Positions 11,582-26,340 of a stretch of DNA of 64,000 nucleotides are shown one piece after another. This stretch comes from Lingula anatina. Taxonomy: Eukaryota > Animalia > Brachiopoda. Below the pieces are notes generated by a model. It was not told where the DNA came from and made no database searches. It saw only the letters and a program-made list of their open reading frames with translations. The first letter of the stretch is position 1. Each line of letters begins with the position of its first letter. The stretch spans positions 7,758,954 through 7,822,953 of the forward strand of contig CM120644.1 in NCBI GenBank assembly GCA_051362555.1, in the 5' to 3' direction. Both the position numbers and the translations under genes were made by a program.

Positions 11582-12777
11582 GAGCGCGTCCATGAGAAAG
11601 CCAGACAGATCGGTCAGAAGGCGACAAGGTGGGGGTCAGCAGATTTTAACCTATGAATCATTTGAAAGGAAAAAGAATGGTTGAAAAATGCAATATAAAT
11701 CATTTCAAGTGGATTAATTAGTGTTGCACTTGGGAAAACTGATAAAATGAGACAGTCATTCCCTTTTGCCTTTAGAAAAATGCTCTGTGATTTTTTTTTT
11801 ATTTTTCTCTCTTGCTCCCTGAAAATAAGGTATATACACAATGCTGATGACATTGGATATGCACAGTAATAACTCATAAAATGTGTGTGTGTGTGTGGGG
11901 GGGGGGGGGGGGTTGAATAACTTGTCACTAATCATTTTAATTTATTCAGAAGTTGTATGGCTCTGTTTGAAAAGAATAATATCTGAGCAATCCTGTATTA
12001 CAGATCTCAAAATAAAAAAACCTGCAAAAATGGGCCTCTTGATTATTTTGAGGAATTGCGGTAACTGTATTTTGGGACAGAATTGATGGCAGCCATCTTG
12101 TATTTATAAAAATTGGATAGATTTGCCCTTATCAAAGCATTGTTTGAATTCCTGGCTGTGAGTGTTTGATTAAATTTGATTATTGGAAGGTAATATCTCA
12201 AAATGTAGTGATATCTTGATTTCGGTCGTTTGGTTTTCTGCTAAAATTGCTTAAGTTTGAGGCACATTTTCAATATCTTCTGTTGTGTTTAACACACTTT
12301 TTAAAATTTGTATGATGAGACCAATATATGCTCAGGATCCCTATACAATTTTATGGCTGTCAACCCTGCAAAAAGAGAGATATGAATGCTTGAACATTGC
12401 TTGGTAGAAAAGTGAGTTTGGGGGGTGGGGTTATAAAAATGGGCGTAGCTCGTTAGTTTATGGGTTAAACTGAAATTAAGTAACATATTCTCAATGGCAA
12501 ATGGCTGGTTTAAATAGGTAAATTATCAATTTATTTTAAAAAGTCATCAGTTTTAACATATTTGCTTATGAAGTGGCTTTATTGACCGAAGCTGAAAATT
12601 AAGCCAAAAATGGCCAAAACATTTAATATTATATTATAATTATATCCAATAATTTATTTTGGGATTGTTGCCTTCAATGTGAATATCTCCTATATATGCA
12701 ACTATATTATGAATTTGGTTGAAATCTGTTGACCCCCACCTTGCCACCCTCTGACTGGTCTTATCATGGACACACAC
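11582..12777. mobile_element. TTAA-flanked non-autonomous DNA element, Kolobok-like, ~1.2 kb
   Basis: TTAA on both sides; imperfect TIR GTCCATGA...GGTCAGA..G.CAAGGTGGGGGTCA.CAGATTT. Paralogous empty sites GGAATTCAGAGTGGGGCAACC at ~13630 and ~21914. Confidence 0.7.
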
Positions 12778-12781
12778 TTAA

Positions 12782-15620
12782 GAGTGGGACAGCCTTTAAC
12801 CAAGTCTTTTTAACTTCGTTACGTTAATGTGTAAAGCCTAATGTGATTGTTAATGTCACTTAAGCATTCAGATTAATGAAACGTGTAGGCTAATTTTTTA
12901 TGTACTGCGACTATTTCGTGTACAGCATTGTGAAGTTTATAGGTAGTATATGCATCAAGGGAGTTGAACTCCTAAAATGTTAAGTCTTGTCTCTTTTACT
13001 TACTGCACCCTTGAATAACATATGCACTGAGTAACTACAAATTTCTTCGCCCCAAATGTGGCCAGGAAATATACATAAACATAGATGCTCAGCTTACTTA
13101 TGCCTCGAATTATTTAGCCTTTCGATGCTTACTGAAATCAGAATGCTCACGGAACAGAGCCATTCTTCAATGACCAGGGAATTGAGCAAGTAGATTCTCC
13201 TGATTTCAATTCCACAGAGCACTGATGGGACACTCGACACCGTGTTATTAGAAAATGATTAGTCCAGCAGCCCACACTGAATAACTTTAGACAGGCTCTT
13301 GCCGAGGAGTGGTCTTACAATGTACCTCAAGTAATACGCATACTGGTGCATATGGAATCAATACTTCAAATAATAATTGGCACCATTCAGGTTCAAGGCA
13401 ACAACACAAGATGCCAATTCAATGATGGAATTCTTCGGGGTTTAGCAATACCTTTTGGTGACTGGTATTCTTCGACAAAGCATGCCTCCTTAAACCTTAA
13501 CTTTGTTTTTCTTCTTTAAGGTTTTTTTTCTGTTCCCTAAAATGCAATAGGAATTAGTTGAAGCAATTTCTTTAAATGGTTTGATAACACTCACCTCAAC
13601 TTTTCGCGGTTTCTTGATCAGAAAGGTGCGGAATTCAGAGTGGGGCAACCTATTTAAACAAGTCTTTTTAACTTCGTTAAGTTAATGTGTAAATCCTAAT
13701 GTGATTGTTCATGCCACTTAGGCATTTAGATTAAAGAAACGTGTAGGTTATAATGTTAAATGTACTGCGACTATTTCGTGTACAGCATTGTGAAGTTTAT
13801 AGGTAGTATATGCATCAAGGGAGTTGAACTCCCAAAAGTTCTAGTTTTGTCTCTTTTTCACACTGTACCCTTGAAATAATATATGCACTGAGTAACAACG
13901 CACATTTCTGCGCCCGAAATAAGACTAGAAGATATACATTTACACAGGTGCTCAGCTCAATTACGCTCCGATTTTTTGTCAATGCTCACTGAAATCAGAA
14001 TGCCCACGGAACAAAGTCATTCTTCAATGACCAGGGAATTGAGCAAGTAGATTCTCCTAATTTCAATACCACAGAGCACTTTTCAACTTCGTTAAATTAA
14101 TGTGTAAAACCTTATGTGATTGTTAATGTCACTTTCGCATTTAGATTAAAGAAACGTGTAGGCTATAATGTTAAATGTACTGCGACTATTTCGTGTACAG
14201 CATTGTGAAGTTTATAGGTAGTATAAGCATCAAGGCGGTTGAACTCCCAAAAGTTCTAGTTTTGTCTCTTTTTATCACTGTGCCCTTGAAATAATATATG
14301 CACTGAGTAACGACGCACATTTCTGCCCCCCAAATAAGACTAGAAGATATACATTTACACAGGTGCTCAGCTCAATTATGCTCCGATTTTTTGTCAATGC
14401 TCACTGAAATAACCCTGAGTGTCAGAGCAACGTAAAAGCTAGCTTGTTAAATATATACCTTGTGACGGAGTCGCTTTTACTAGCTCTGACGAACAGCGAC
14501 AATCTGAGGGCGTTCTTCTTCAAAATTTTGCCTGGGGCGCTTCCATATTTGGAAGTCACACGTCACAGCTGTGTCCGCCTGGATCCATATTTGGAAGTCA
14601 TAAGTCTCGAGCTCGTACGTCACAGGTTTGGCCGCCTGGAGCTGCCTTTCCCGCCTCGCGCTGAAGTTATCTCGTGCAGACGAGACAAGAAGCAAAGTGC
14701 CTGACGAAGTTTGAATTGAAAATATCTTGCAGTCGAAGGTCAGTGCCACAATAGAAGCAACATTCTGCTTTAAAAACTGATTTTGGTGTAGCCATTGCGC
14801 AGCCCTTATAGTGGTATCGGGCATACAGTGTAGCTGTCAAATTTGGCACACGGCAAGCACGTGTATTGCGCACGTGTACATCTCAGGACTAAATGTTCTT
14901 TGATAAGCAAAAAATACAAAAACATTGGATATATCTTTTCTGTTCGAAGAATATTATTTATTTTTTCACTTTACATCTTAAATACAGCAAATAAAATTAA
15001 ATAAAGCAGAATTAAATCTGTTTTACGTTTCATTTTGGTCTGATGACATTCAACTGCAGATTCACTGCGGAGCAGTTCTATTTGATTGATGGAAGTGTAA
15101 CATGGCCGCTGGTCACTAGAGCCGGTATTGTTGATATGGGTTATATATGAAATCAAGATCAAGCTGGCAATACCGGAATCTAGAACCTAGGGTAACTGAA
15201 ATCGGAATGCCCACAGAACAAAGTCATTCTTCAATAACCAGGGAATGGAGCAAGTAGATTCTCCTAAGTTCAATACCACAGAGCACTGGTGGGACGTTTG
15301 ACACCGTGTATTGAAAATGATTGGTCCAGCAGACCACAATGAATGATTTTGACAGGATCTTGTCGAGGAGTGGTCTAACAATGTACCTCAAGTAATAATC
15401 CGTCAACAAACTGAGGAAACTGGTACACGTAGAGTCAATACTTTAAATAATAAATGGCACCATTCAGGTTCAAGGCAACAACACAAGATACCAACTCCAT
15501 GACGGAATTCCTCATGGTATAGCAATACCTTTTGGTGACTCTGGCATTCTTCGCCAAAGTATGCCTCCGTGAACCTTAAATTTGTTTTTCTTCTTTGAAG
15601 GAACTTCCCTATTCCCATAA
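12782..15620 (+). repeat. Tandemly reiterated spacer block with decayed Tc1 transposase C-terminus; units start ~12790, ~13640, ~14085; paralogs at ~21920-22720 and ~32090-32910
   Basis: Recurring AAGTCTTTTTAACTTCGTTAAGTTAATGTGTAAA...TGCGACTATTTCGTGTACAGCATTG. Translations SPDFNSTEH*WD and PTTLNDLRHALVEEW...NTRY resemble Tc1 SPDLNPIEHLWD and L..AL.EEW...GG.TRY. Confidence 0.7.
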
Positions 15621-17429
15621 ACGTTTTAATTTTCTGTGCTTTTTTCGTTAATTACAGTAGTTCTGACTACAATCATTGCTGTCAATCATTCCAACTTATC
15701 TTCGCCATATCCGTTTCACAATCATTCTTAAATCTAAAATTCACGACAGTCATACGTTTTCTTTCATTTATACTTTTATCATTTGCTGTACTAGTGTTGC
15801 AAATGAGACTCCATGTAATTGTGTTTGATGTACTGATTAAAATATAAAATCCAAACTGCTTCTTAACAATAATTCAGTACCATGAAAGAATTGAATTAAC
15901 ATTAAAATAAATCAGTAAGTTTCCTTAAAATAGTTCACTTACAAATGTTTTTATCAATCAGTTTCTTTAAACAGTTTAGTGTTTTTACATTAAAATTCCG
16001 AGGGACCAAAGGATAAAAGTTTTTGCAGATCTAACAGTTCTAACCTTTGGGGCAAAGAAGTTCTGAGAGTGTCTCAATGCGAATGTTCTTTAACTTTCGG
16101 TAATAAACGGTTCAGTCTATGCTCCTCCATACACATGCCTGCAAACATTTCAAGGCATAAGTTACTGCGCCTGGTTTGCAAGGGAACACATTTATTTTGT
16201 ACGAGATATAAGGATACAGTATCTTAAAGACTCTTTTCTGGGCGGATTCAATTTTTTCAGCCTGGCAATTGGTCAGTCCAGGATGCTACACTTGCACAAC
16301 ATATTCTAAAGTAGATCTTACAACAGATATGTAGACTTTAAGTTCGTCATGAACCCAATATTTTTAATATTCTTACAAAATTTAACAGATATGTTCAACA
16401 GATAACAAAAAACTAGAAATATCCTGTAGATGCGCTCAACAGTTACTTTGAAGATGAAAGTAATATACACTCTGGGAAAAGTTACCATACCACAAAGTAA
16501 GCAGAAACTATTAATTTTGTGAATACATAATGTAAATCAATTAGGAATGCAAACCCTATTGGTCATTTTCAAAAAAATATCTTGTGATATTTATTTCAGA
16601 ATAGGTAATAATATAGCAAATAATTATTTCTAGAAAAATAAGACCCATTCTTTCAAAAAGATTATATTAAACGGAAAAAAGATTATATAACAGCCATGTG
16701 AACAAACTAAGATCGTTAACTTGAAAGCAAAATACAAAAAAATATATCAAACATGAAAAAGTTTTTTTTCTGAACAAATAAGCCTTAAGGGCTACCATTA
16801 TTTTCATTTTACTTCTATAATTAAAAAAAAAAGACATATCAAATTTACTTGCACTGAAATATTTTGTGAATTTGCTATGCGCTACTGCATGTATTGTATA
16901 TAGTACACGAAACAATTATTATAATTATGTACCCATTCCCATTCGAAATTTTCATGTACTAATTCTCGTGACTTCCCTACCCAGCAAACACAGAACGTTA
17001 CCATAACGTTACCATGTCGTTTTCTGGTTACAGAAACGCTATGGTAAATGTGTAACGTCGTTCTGTGTTTGCTGGGCAATTGACGACTGATCCATACATT
17101 AACAGTTTATACAAAATACAATTAAATAATAACATTTTTTTCAAATTTAACGTAATGCCTAAGTAAAAATTATCAAACACAAGCCGAAATATTTTCATAC
17201 CGTTAGCTTCTATAGAAAATATTTCGGCTTGTCTGATAATTTTCACTTATGATCCAACTACCAACCTAATGAATATTTTTGCTCAAATACAAAGCATAAC
17301 AAATAATGTTCGCCTGCATGCAGTAGAAAGAATCCAATCAGTTTTTTAAACTATACATAAAAATGGCAATTTATATGTATAGTTTAACGATTAAAAAAGT
17401 GCATATTGTTTGCCAGTGCTTCTAGCCGA

Positions 17430-19311
17430 TCATGCGGGAAAGGAACCGATACAAGCTAATGCAAAGACACTTCCAAATTTGGGCACTTCCAAATTTCTCT
17501 TGGTATACATGAAGGTTCCGGGTTCCTCAGGGAAAACCTTTACTGTTCCCCTGTTTCTTTTTATCACTTCCATTCCGGCCTCATAATCGACATTGATTAA
17601 CATAAACACACGAGACTCGGTAGGAATGGATTCCAGAATAGCTTTAAGAAGCAGCACAAATGCTACCGGATTATCAGCGTAGAGCGGAGATATGTCCTTT
17701 GTACGCGGCGCGTCTTGCACCTGCCCATAACCCACGACCTCTCCGCCATCTGTGAGTGCTGCAAACGACATGGCCGACGGCTTTGCCAGCCACGCTTTCA
17801 AGAACTTTTTCCTTTGAAATGCATTGATGGAGGTATCATAAGTGGGAAGAGCTTCAAAGTCGACCTCGTTTGCTGGAATAACGTTGATCATGGAGTGATT
17901 CGTTTTGGTGACGGGAATTAAGGTCCCGACATCAAAACAACCTTCGCAAAAATGTACATGCCGTCCATCAATTTTCAGGCCAAATTTTATGTTAGCCTGT
18001 ATTCGGTTGGAAACGGAATAGATCACGACGTTTCTCTCACCAGCGTTTTCCATAGTCCTTGCTACAATTTTCTTCGCTGTAATTGACAAAAATAACCCTT
18101 ATTAATTGTAGTAATAAAATAATTATTGATATTGTAATGGGAACACCTTTGACTGCCCTACTCAGGTGGTGTCGTTGGCAATTTTTTGTTAAGTTTTTTG
18201 GAGAGAAAAACGTATTGATAGTTAATGATGATAAAATGAATGTCTGAAATAAACTTTTTTTTTCAAATTAAAAAAAAAAAAACGCGCACATAATATGCTG
18301 GATAGTTATGCTGCGCTTAATTAACATGAAAGAAAAAGGTTAATGCGTTTATATAGTACAATCCCGAAAAAAAGTAAAAATGGGACAGCATTGCCTGATC
18401 TAGGCCCTTCATTGGTGAATCACTTCAATCTTTTTGGGGCATTTAAAATATATATCCTCTTCATGCTACGTACTCATTAAGCCTGCGTAATTTTATGCCA
18501 AATAGAATACGTACCGATGCTTGAGCCCCTGTATTTTTGGTCTATACTATCAGGAAGTTACACATGGCGTTTTCGTCATCCAGTAAAATAATTAAATATG
18601 AGCCTAGAAGAATAAACAGTACTAGTAGAATATCGCAATATATGAGAGTTTTTAGTACATTCTCTGTAAGTATGAATTTCTTTCGTACAAAATCACACTA
18701 TTTAGACCGAACCTTGGAAACATAAATTGGCTAATATGTCTACCTCAGTATAAACTGTAGGGTCACAGACAACGTGCGCGGAGTAGCTGCCGCATATTAC
18801 ACTTGTGCTCTTATTACGTCTGTCAAGGTATGAGAAAAATTGCTCATGCGCATACAAATGCAATGTGATCGTTAGGCTAACGTCGCATACGTTTATTGTT
18901 CTCGAAAAAGCACATTTATATGTATGCATCAGTACACGAAAACGTATACATTTGGGTACTCTCGTATTCATAATTTTTTATGATTCGTTTTACATTATTT
19001 ACTTTTATTTTATTTCAGTACGTAGGTGTACAATGACCATAATTGAACGAGATAACTTATTATATGTATTTAAATGTATTATTCATCTTTGCACGAGGTG
19101 AAAATTTCAATTAATATTTTTTCTAATTATAAACCTCAATCTGTATTAGATATTTATTCATTTGGCACAGATTTCGAAAACTGTAATAAAGCTTATGCAT
19201 GCACCACTACAGGTACAAACTGTAAATTAAATTGAATTTGAATAAGTTCCACCCCTCTCTCTCTCTCTCTGTCTCTCTCTCTCTCTGCCAAGCTCTTTAG
19301 GAAGAATGGGG

Positions 19312-19350
<39 letters not shown>

Positions 19351-19581
19351 CAACGAACAAAAACTTGATCTGCACTGACCAATTATTTTGCCATGGAGGT
19401 CAGCAACAAGGTAGTGCCCGACTTCTACTATTTCAAGCAACACTTTCAACGTTTCTTTTGATACTTCCCAGCGAACTTGATCAGTAAATTTGTATAAATC
19501 GTCAAGGTCTTCTAATATGACAAGTCGAATTATGACTTCCGAAGTCACGTCGTGCTTCTGTACGGTGGAAGCGCCAGACAT
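17430..19581 (-). pseudogene. GNAT copy 2 with a frameshift; exons 19581-19380, 18603-18515, 18076-17430
   Basis: Exon 2 is 89 nt instead of 87. GGTCTATACTATCAGG versus GGTCTACTATCAGG in copies 1 and 3 gives ...FLIV-TAG just before motif A. Confidence 0.75.
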
Positions 19582-19642
19582 CTGGAAGAAAAATAAATTA
19601 AATAGATCACAATGTTGATGGGTTTATCCAATTATTATTGAT

Positions 19643-20947
19643 ACATACCTAGGGATGTTTTATGACCATGGCGATATGCTGATCACTGAAGCCTGTCCAT
19701 TTAGCCAAGCTTCAGTGAAGATCGAGGGCAACCTCGAGCCGCTACCCAAAAATATCTCGCTTCCCTCGACATTTCTGCGTAGCGTCTATCGGAAAACTCG
19801 GATTTAAACTCGATGTAGTCTAGAATTTCACGACTACATCTTGGTTAAATCAGTTGAGGTCTCTCAAATGCTGAAAGCCGAAGACAGTGATCATGTGGCC
19901 TTCTTGGCATCAAGAGAATAGTGTCTTTACTTGCGTTATATACATACCAGTTGACAAATTTGAAATCTCTCACACTCTAAAAAAATAATATAAGCTTTTC
20001 ACGTTTAACAATTTTTCTTTATCATTTTATTACACTAAGTCATATCATATGGATATGGTTTGAAAACGGAAATTAGTTTACATTTCAGCCATGCGTGCAT
20101 ACAAATTATTTGTAAATCTATAACTTTTTAATGAGGGTTGTGTGATTTACCTTTTGTTTTAAAGCTGTTCATTCTTCCTCTTTATCAGATATATTGGTAA
20201 AAATCAAATCTATTCCCCTTTGAACTTGTAACTACATGTAGCACATGTATATTCAGAAACCGCCTCGTAGTAAAAAATATCACCACAACGTAGAATTATT
20301 ACTCCTGTGGATTTGAAATAAACCGCCGTTTGATTTTGACTATATTCTGTAACCTCCTCGGCGTCAGAAAAAATAATTAAACTATAATTATCACTCCCAT
20401 AAACTTCTAATAAACATCCGTGTGACTTTGACTATATTCCGAAACTGCCTCCTTGTCAGAAATATCACCAAAGAATAAATTTCTTCTCCTTCGCTCTTGT
20501 GAAAAATTAGTTTAACTATATTCTGCTCCGGTTGAGGTTTTGCCTTGGGACCTTTTTTTCCCCAGCAGTCCCAGCTAGGTGTGGTTCAGCTGAGACGCGC
20601 ATGGTCAGTGTCGACGGTTGATTAAATACTTTTCAAGCCAGTTGAACGTCCACGACAAGTATTTAGCAAAAATTGATCAAATTGGTCAGACATTACATAA
20701 GAATTTGGCGGGAGGTGACCAGCGCACGTGGACGAGTTTATTCCATATAACATCTCTAGAGCGCGATATAGGGTCACTTTATTCAGTTTTAGGGGGCGTT
20801 TTAGGGTGAAATGACTATATTTGTTCTCGGTATGTATGTCAAATAATACATTGTCACCCTGTCGCGATATATGCCATAAACACCTCTCGCTGACGCTCGA
20901 GGTGTTATGGCATATATAGCTCGGGTGACAGTGTATTATCTCACACT
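19643..20947. mobile_element. ~1.3-kb insertion with a terminal long hairpin (Crypton-like non-autonomous element)
   Basis: Absent at the equivalent position of copies 1 and 3. Hairpin at 20843-20939 (ATAATACATTGTCACCC...ATATGCCATAAACACCTC / GAGGTGTTATGGCATAT...GGGTGACAGTGTATTAT). GGTATGTATGTCAAATAAT is complementary to the left end. Confidence 0.55.
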
Positions 20948-20949
20948 TA

Positions 20950-21370
20950 ATCTAGCAACCTGCTTTTGCCAGTGTGGATGTTTGTTAAAGATCCGTTTGT
21001 ATTACATGTCTTTTTAAGTACAGACTTGGTCCCACCTCTAATTACATGTGCTTTACTTTACAAATGATCACCTCATATCTGTTAATCAATGTATTTTTAT
21101 TCCAGATACCACATTAGGTGCTCAGTAGGGTTAATATCAGGGCTCAGAGATGGTTGCTCAACAGCTATCTCACTCCATATGCAAGAGGTGACTTCAGGGA
21201 TACTGCAGGCTTCATCGTGACAATACACTTGCTCACAGTTCTTGTCTTGTGAGTGGTTTGTTACTGAAAGGCAATTAATGTTCTGAGGATGGAGAAACCA
21301 TCTTTGACCCTTGATAATAACACTACTGAGCACCTGTGGCATGAATTGGAGTGTGCAATGCAGAGAAGAA
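20950..21370 (-). mobile_element. Decayed Tc1/mariner transposase fragment; paralogs ~10660-10980 and ~26620-26970
   Basis: Translation ...PSLSPDINPTEHLMWYL matches the Tc1 SPDLNPIEHLW motif. Confidence 0.6.
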
Positions 21371-22724
21371 CCAACACCCTAATAATATCAGGCCCACAGC
21401 CGAGGGGGGCTTTGGGAGTTCTACGGGACCGCCCTTTTTGTCAGAAAAAGGTTCATTCTGGGTAAAATTTGATCTAGGTACACAAAGGCTTCATCATAAA
21501 AGGTCCACTCTTTCGGAAAAAGAACCCTCCTTTTGAAATTGCTGGCTACGGGCCTGATGGACTAACCCTGCCAAGCTCTTTAGGAAATATGGGACACTAC
21601 GCGGTAGACACACAAGCTATTATGCAAGTGTTCGTTAACGAGATCATGTTGTTGCTCATTATTTGTAAGTTTGGTGACATTAGGTGGTGTTTTTTTAAAC
21701 ATATGGGCATTTTATTTTACCTCTGTGGAAATCATTGTGGAACAACAGATCCCCGAGGTTTCAGGCTGTGCATGCTTTAAATTTGAATAAATTGTATAAA
21801 ATATGGGTATCTTCTCAGATATTTTGTATTTTCTCTACCATCAGTAATATCATGTGTCATATAGTATAAAAAAAAACCAAAACGATCATTTGTAGGCAAA
21901 AAGGGTAAAAATGGAATTCAGAGTGGGGCAACCTTATAGTTTACCAAGTCTTTTAAACTTCGTTAAGTTAATGTGTAACGCCTAATGTGATTGTTAATGT
22001 CACTTACGCATTTAGATTAAAGAAACGTGGAGGCCATAATGTTTAATGCACTGCGACTATTTCGTGTACAGCATTGTGAAGTTTATAGGTAGTATATGCA
22101 TCAAGGGGGTTGAACTCCGAAAAATTATTTTGTCTCTTTTTCACACTGTACCTTTAAAATAACATATGCACTGAGTAACGACGCACATTTCTTCGCCCCA
22201 AATGTGATTAGGAGATATATATTTACACAGGTGCTCAGCTTACTTATGCCCCGATTTTTAGCCTTTCGATGCTCACTGAAATCAGAATGCTCACGGAACA
22301 AAGCCATTCTTCAACGATCAGGGAATTGAGCAAGTAGATTCTCCTGATTTCAATTCCAAAGACCACTGGTGGAACGCTCGACACCGTGTTGTAAGAAAAT
22401 GATTGTTCCAGCAGACCACATTGAATGACTTTAGACAGGCTCTTGGCGAGGAGTGGTCTTACAATGTACCTTGTAATGATCAAGTAATGATCCGTCAACA
22501 AACAGCAGAAACTGGTACATCTAAAGTCAATACGTCAAATAATAAATGACACCATTCAGGTTCAAGGCAACAACACAAGATACCAACTTCATGACGGAAT
22601 TCCTCATGGTATAGCAATACCTTTTGGTGACTCTGGCATTCTTCGCCAAAGTATGCCGCCTTCAACCAACATTTTGTTTTTCTTCTTTAAGGAAAATTCT
22701 CTATTCCCTAAAATGCACTAGAAA

Positions 22725-23875
22725 GCATCACTATGACGCACTTTGGACCAAGAGAACTGGGCACCATACAGGACAGTTTTGCAGTTTATATGCCAATGGG
22801 CTCTGAAGAAATTGTCTATACTGTCGCATTTTCCAGTTTTGTTTTTAAAAAACGATTGTGACAGCCAGAATATAGAAGAAACAAACCATTTTTAAAAACG
22901 ACACTATTTTACGGTTGCCAGAGTTTCTTCCAAATCTAAGTCGATCCCGAGCTATCATGGGTCAACGGAAACCTTAACTTAGACCTATGCATCCAAGTAC
23001 TGGGAAGGAACTTAAGGGATTCTGCCGATAAATTCTTGGGGGGCCATAATCACCCATTTATGTTTCAGCATGATAATGCTACTCCAAGAACAGCCAATGC
23101 AACAGTAGGCTGGTTGTTTGCGAACCAGATTCAGACACCCAATGACCAACTCAATCCCAAGATCATAACCTCATTTAAATGTGTGAGATGTCATCAGAAA
23201 TGGATAGCTGAGGGATAAAGATACAAACAGAAATGATGTCATACTATCTTTGCACTGTATGTGGAACGCCATCACTGTGCAAACTTTACAATTTTTTCGG
23301 CTCCCTGCACGAACAGAAACGTCAGATGTGTCCTCCAATCCAGAGGATACTGTACATAGTACCAAATTGTGGCTTTGAATTTTTAGTATGGTTAGCTTAT
23401 TAATTGGTTGTACATTCAGTTAATTTTTTGTGAAAAAAAATCCCTTCTAAAGTTTAAAGGGATAATAACTCTTCGTTTTGGCCAAATAATGAATTTTCCT
23501 GGAGTAAACAACAATTTTCCCATACCTACCAATGGTTGATGAATCCATCTTTACATTCAAAGTTAGTCCCAGTATTTTTTCTTAAAAGTTTGGTTTTTTG
23601 TTAAAATCTCTTAAGATATTATAACAGAGTACAGCCATCAATGGAGGTCACGTGGTCTGAAGACAAGCACAGATATCAGAATAATATGACTCTTGTTTTT
23701 GTCGTAAAACAGAATATATTATATTTATATGAGTTATTTACAATGTTTTTATTGTGAAATATAGACCTCATACGAAGAGTTATTATCCCTTTAATGAATT
23801 ACATCGGTTCATGACATGTTTTTCTGTATCACTTTACGCATTGCGTTAGGGGTGACACTTTTTTGCTAGGGGAGT
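22725..23875 (+). mobile_element. Tc1 relic with a nested Kolobok-like MITE (23458-23790); paralog at ~7000-7820
   Basis: FMFQHDNATPRTA (second catalytic-D region) at ~23057; right end GGGGTGACACTTTTTTGCTAGGGGAGTATA. Confidence 0.6.
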
Positions 23876-24854
23876 ATAGCTTTTCTTTGTCATGATCGAT
23901 CCAGAAAAACATACATATCGGACTGATAAAAATAATAAGATGTGTTTTCAGAAAAAGCATTAAATAAAACAACACAGTTTGCTTTTGTTTTTGTGAGATT
24001 TATTTCTGAATAGGTAATGAATAGGGCAAATTATTTTTTCTAATAATAAAAGACCTATTCTTTCAAAAAAATTATATTAAACAGAAAGGGATTATATAAC
24101 AACCATGCAAACATACAAAGACCGTTAACTTAAAAAAGGATAAAAATATATATTAAAACATGAAAAAGGCTTTTTCTGAACGAATAAGCCTTAAGGGCTA
24201 CCATTATTTTCATTTTACTTATATAATAAGAAAAAAAGACAGATATCAATTTTACTTGAGCTGAAATGTTTTGTAACTTTACTATGCACTATTGCAAGTA
24301 TTGTTTATAGTATATGAGACATGTACCCATACCCATTTACGGATTATTGTGTACTAATTCTCGTATTAAGGGACTTCACTACCCAGCGAACACAGAGCGT
24401 TTTATAACGTTACCATAACGTTACTATAACGTTCTATGTTTGCTGGGTAATTGTCGATTGATCGTTTAATCAATGGTTTACACAATAATACACATTTTTA
24501 CCTATCAAATGCTAAGCAGCAAAACAGACTTATGTTGATAGGCTGCACCCTTTTGTTTAACATTGTTAGTTTTTTTTGTGTGTGTGTTTTTTGTGTCTTC
24601 TTTTTGACTTTTTTAAGTTAAAGGTCAGTAATCATTATTGAATGTAAAAAATTAAACTTTTTACACCACAAAACAGAATTGTGAACTTCTCTAGTTAAGA
24701 TTCATGTCTCTTTAAAAATTTCATATATCATCAGTCGCTTTACAAATAATGTTCGCCTGCATACTGGAGAAAGACAGCAATCAGTTTCTCTAAATGGTAT
24801 TATTAGCGATTGAGCGCTAAAATGCTTATATTGTTTGCAAGTGCCTCTAGCCGA

Positions 24855-26254
24855 TCATGCGGGAAAGGAACCGATACAAGTTAATGCAAAGACACTCCCA
24901 AATTTGGGTATTTCCAAATTTCTCTTGGTATACATGAAGGTTCCACGTTCCTCAGGCAACATTTTCACGGTTCCCTTGTTTTTATTTATCACTTCCATCC
25001 CGGCTTCATAATGGACGTTGATAAACATATTTACACGAGACTCAGTAGGAATGGATTCCAGAAGAGCTTTTAGAAGCAACTTAAATGCTTCCGGATTATC
25101 AGCGTAGAGCGGAGATATGACTTTCGTACGCGGTGCGTCCTGCACCTGCCCATAACCCACGACCTCACCGCCATCTGTGAGTGCTGCAAACGACATGGCC
25201 GACGGCTTTGCCAGCCACGCTTTCAAGAACTTTTTCCTTTGAAATACATTGATAGAGGTGTCATAAGTGAGAAGAGCTTCAAAGTCCACCTCATTTGCTG
25301 GGATAACGTTGATCACAGAGTGGTTCATTTTGGCATCGGAATTTAAGGTCCCGACATCAAAACGACCTTCGCAAAGACGTACATGCTGCCCACCAATTTT
25401 CAGGCCGAATTTTATGTTAGACTGTATTCGGTTGTAAATGGAATAAATCACGACGTTTCTATCTCCAGCGTTTTCCATAGTCCTTGCTACAATTTTCTTC
25501 GCTGTAATTGATAAAAAATAATCCGTATTAATTGTAAAAATAACATAATTATTTACTTTGTAATTGGAATACCTTTCAGTACCCTTTGAAACAGGAACAT
25601 GAGAGTAAAATTCTGTAAAGGCCTCTCTACTCAAGTTATGTCGTTGGCCTTTATTTGTTAATTTTACGAGAGAAAAAAACGCACTGAATTATGTCTTAAA
25701 TAAACTTTTTTCAAATTAAAAAAAAAGCACACATAATATCCTGGAAAATTATGCTGCGCTTAATTAACATGAAAGTAAAAGGAGTAATGCTTTTGTATAG
25801 CACAATATCGAAAAAAAGTCAAAATGAGACCACATTGCCTGTTACTATATTGGTGAATCACTTCAATCTTTTTGGGACATTTAAAATAAAGGCCCCTATA
25901 TCCTCTTCTTGCTACGTACACATTAAATCTGCGTAACTTTATGCCAAATAGAACTTACGTACCGATGCTTGAGCCCCTGTATTTTTGGTCTACTATCAGG
26001 AAGTTACACATGGCGTTTTCGCCATCCAGTAAAATGATTAAATATGAGCCTGAAAGAATAAACAGCACTATAGTAGAATATCGCAATATATGAGAGTGTT
26101 TAGTACATGCTTTGTAAGTATTAAATTTCTTTCTTACAAAATCACACTATTTAGGCCGAGCCTTGAAAACATAAATTGGCTAATATTCCTCTCCCCCGTC
26201 TCTCTCTCTCTCTCTCTCTCCGCCAAACTCTTTAGGAAAAATGGAACAGTTTTA

Positions 26255-26296
<42 letters not shown>

Positions 26297-26301
26297 CCAA
26301 G

Positions 26302-26340
<39 letters not shown>

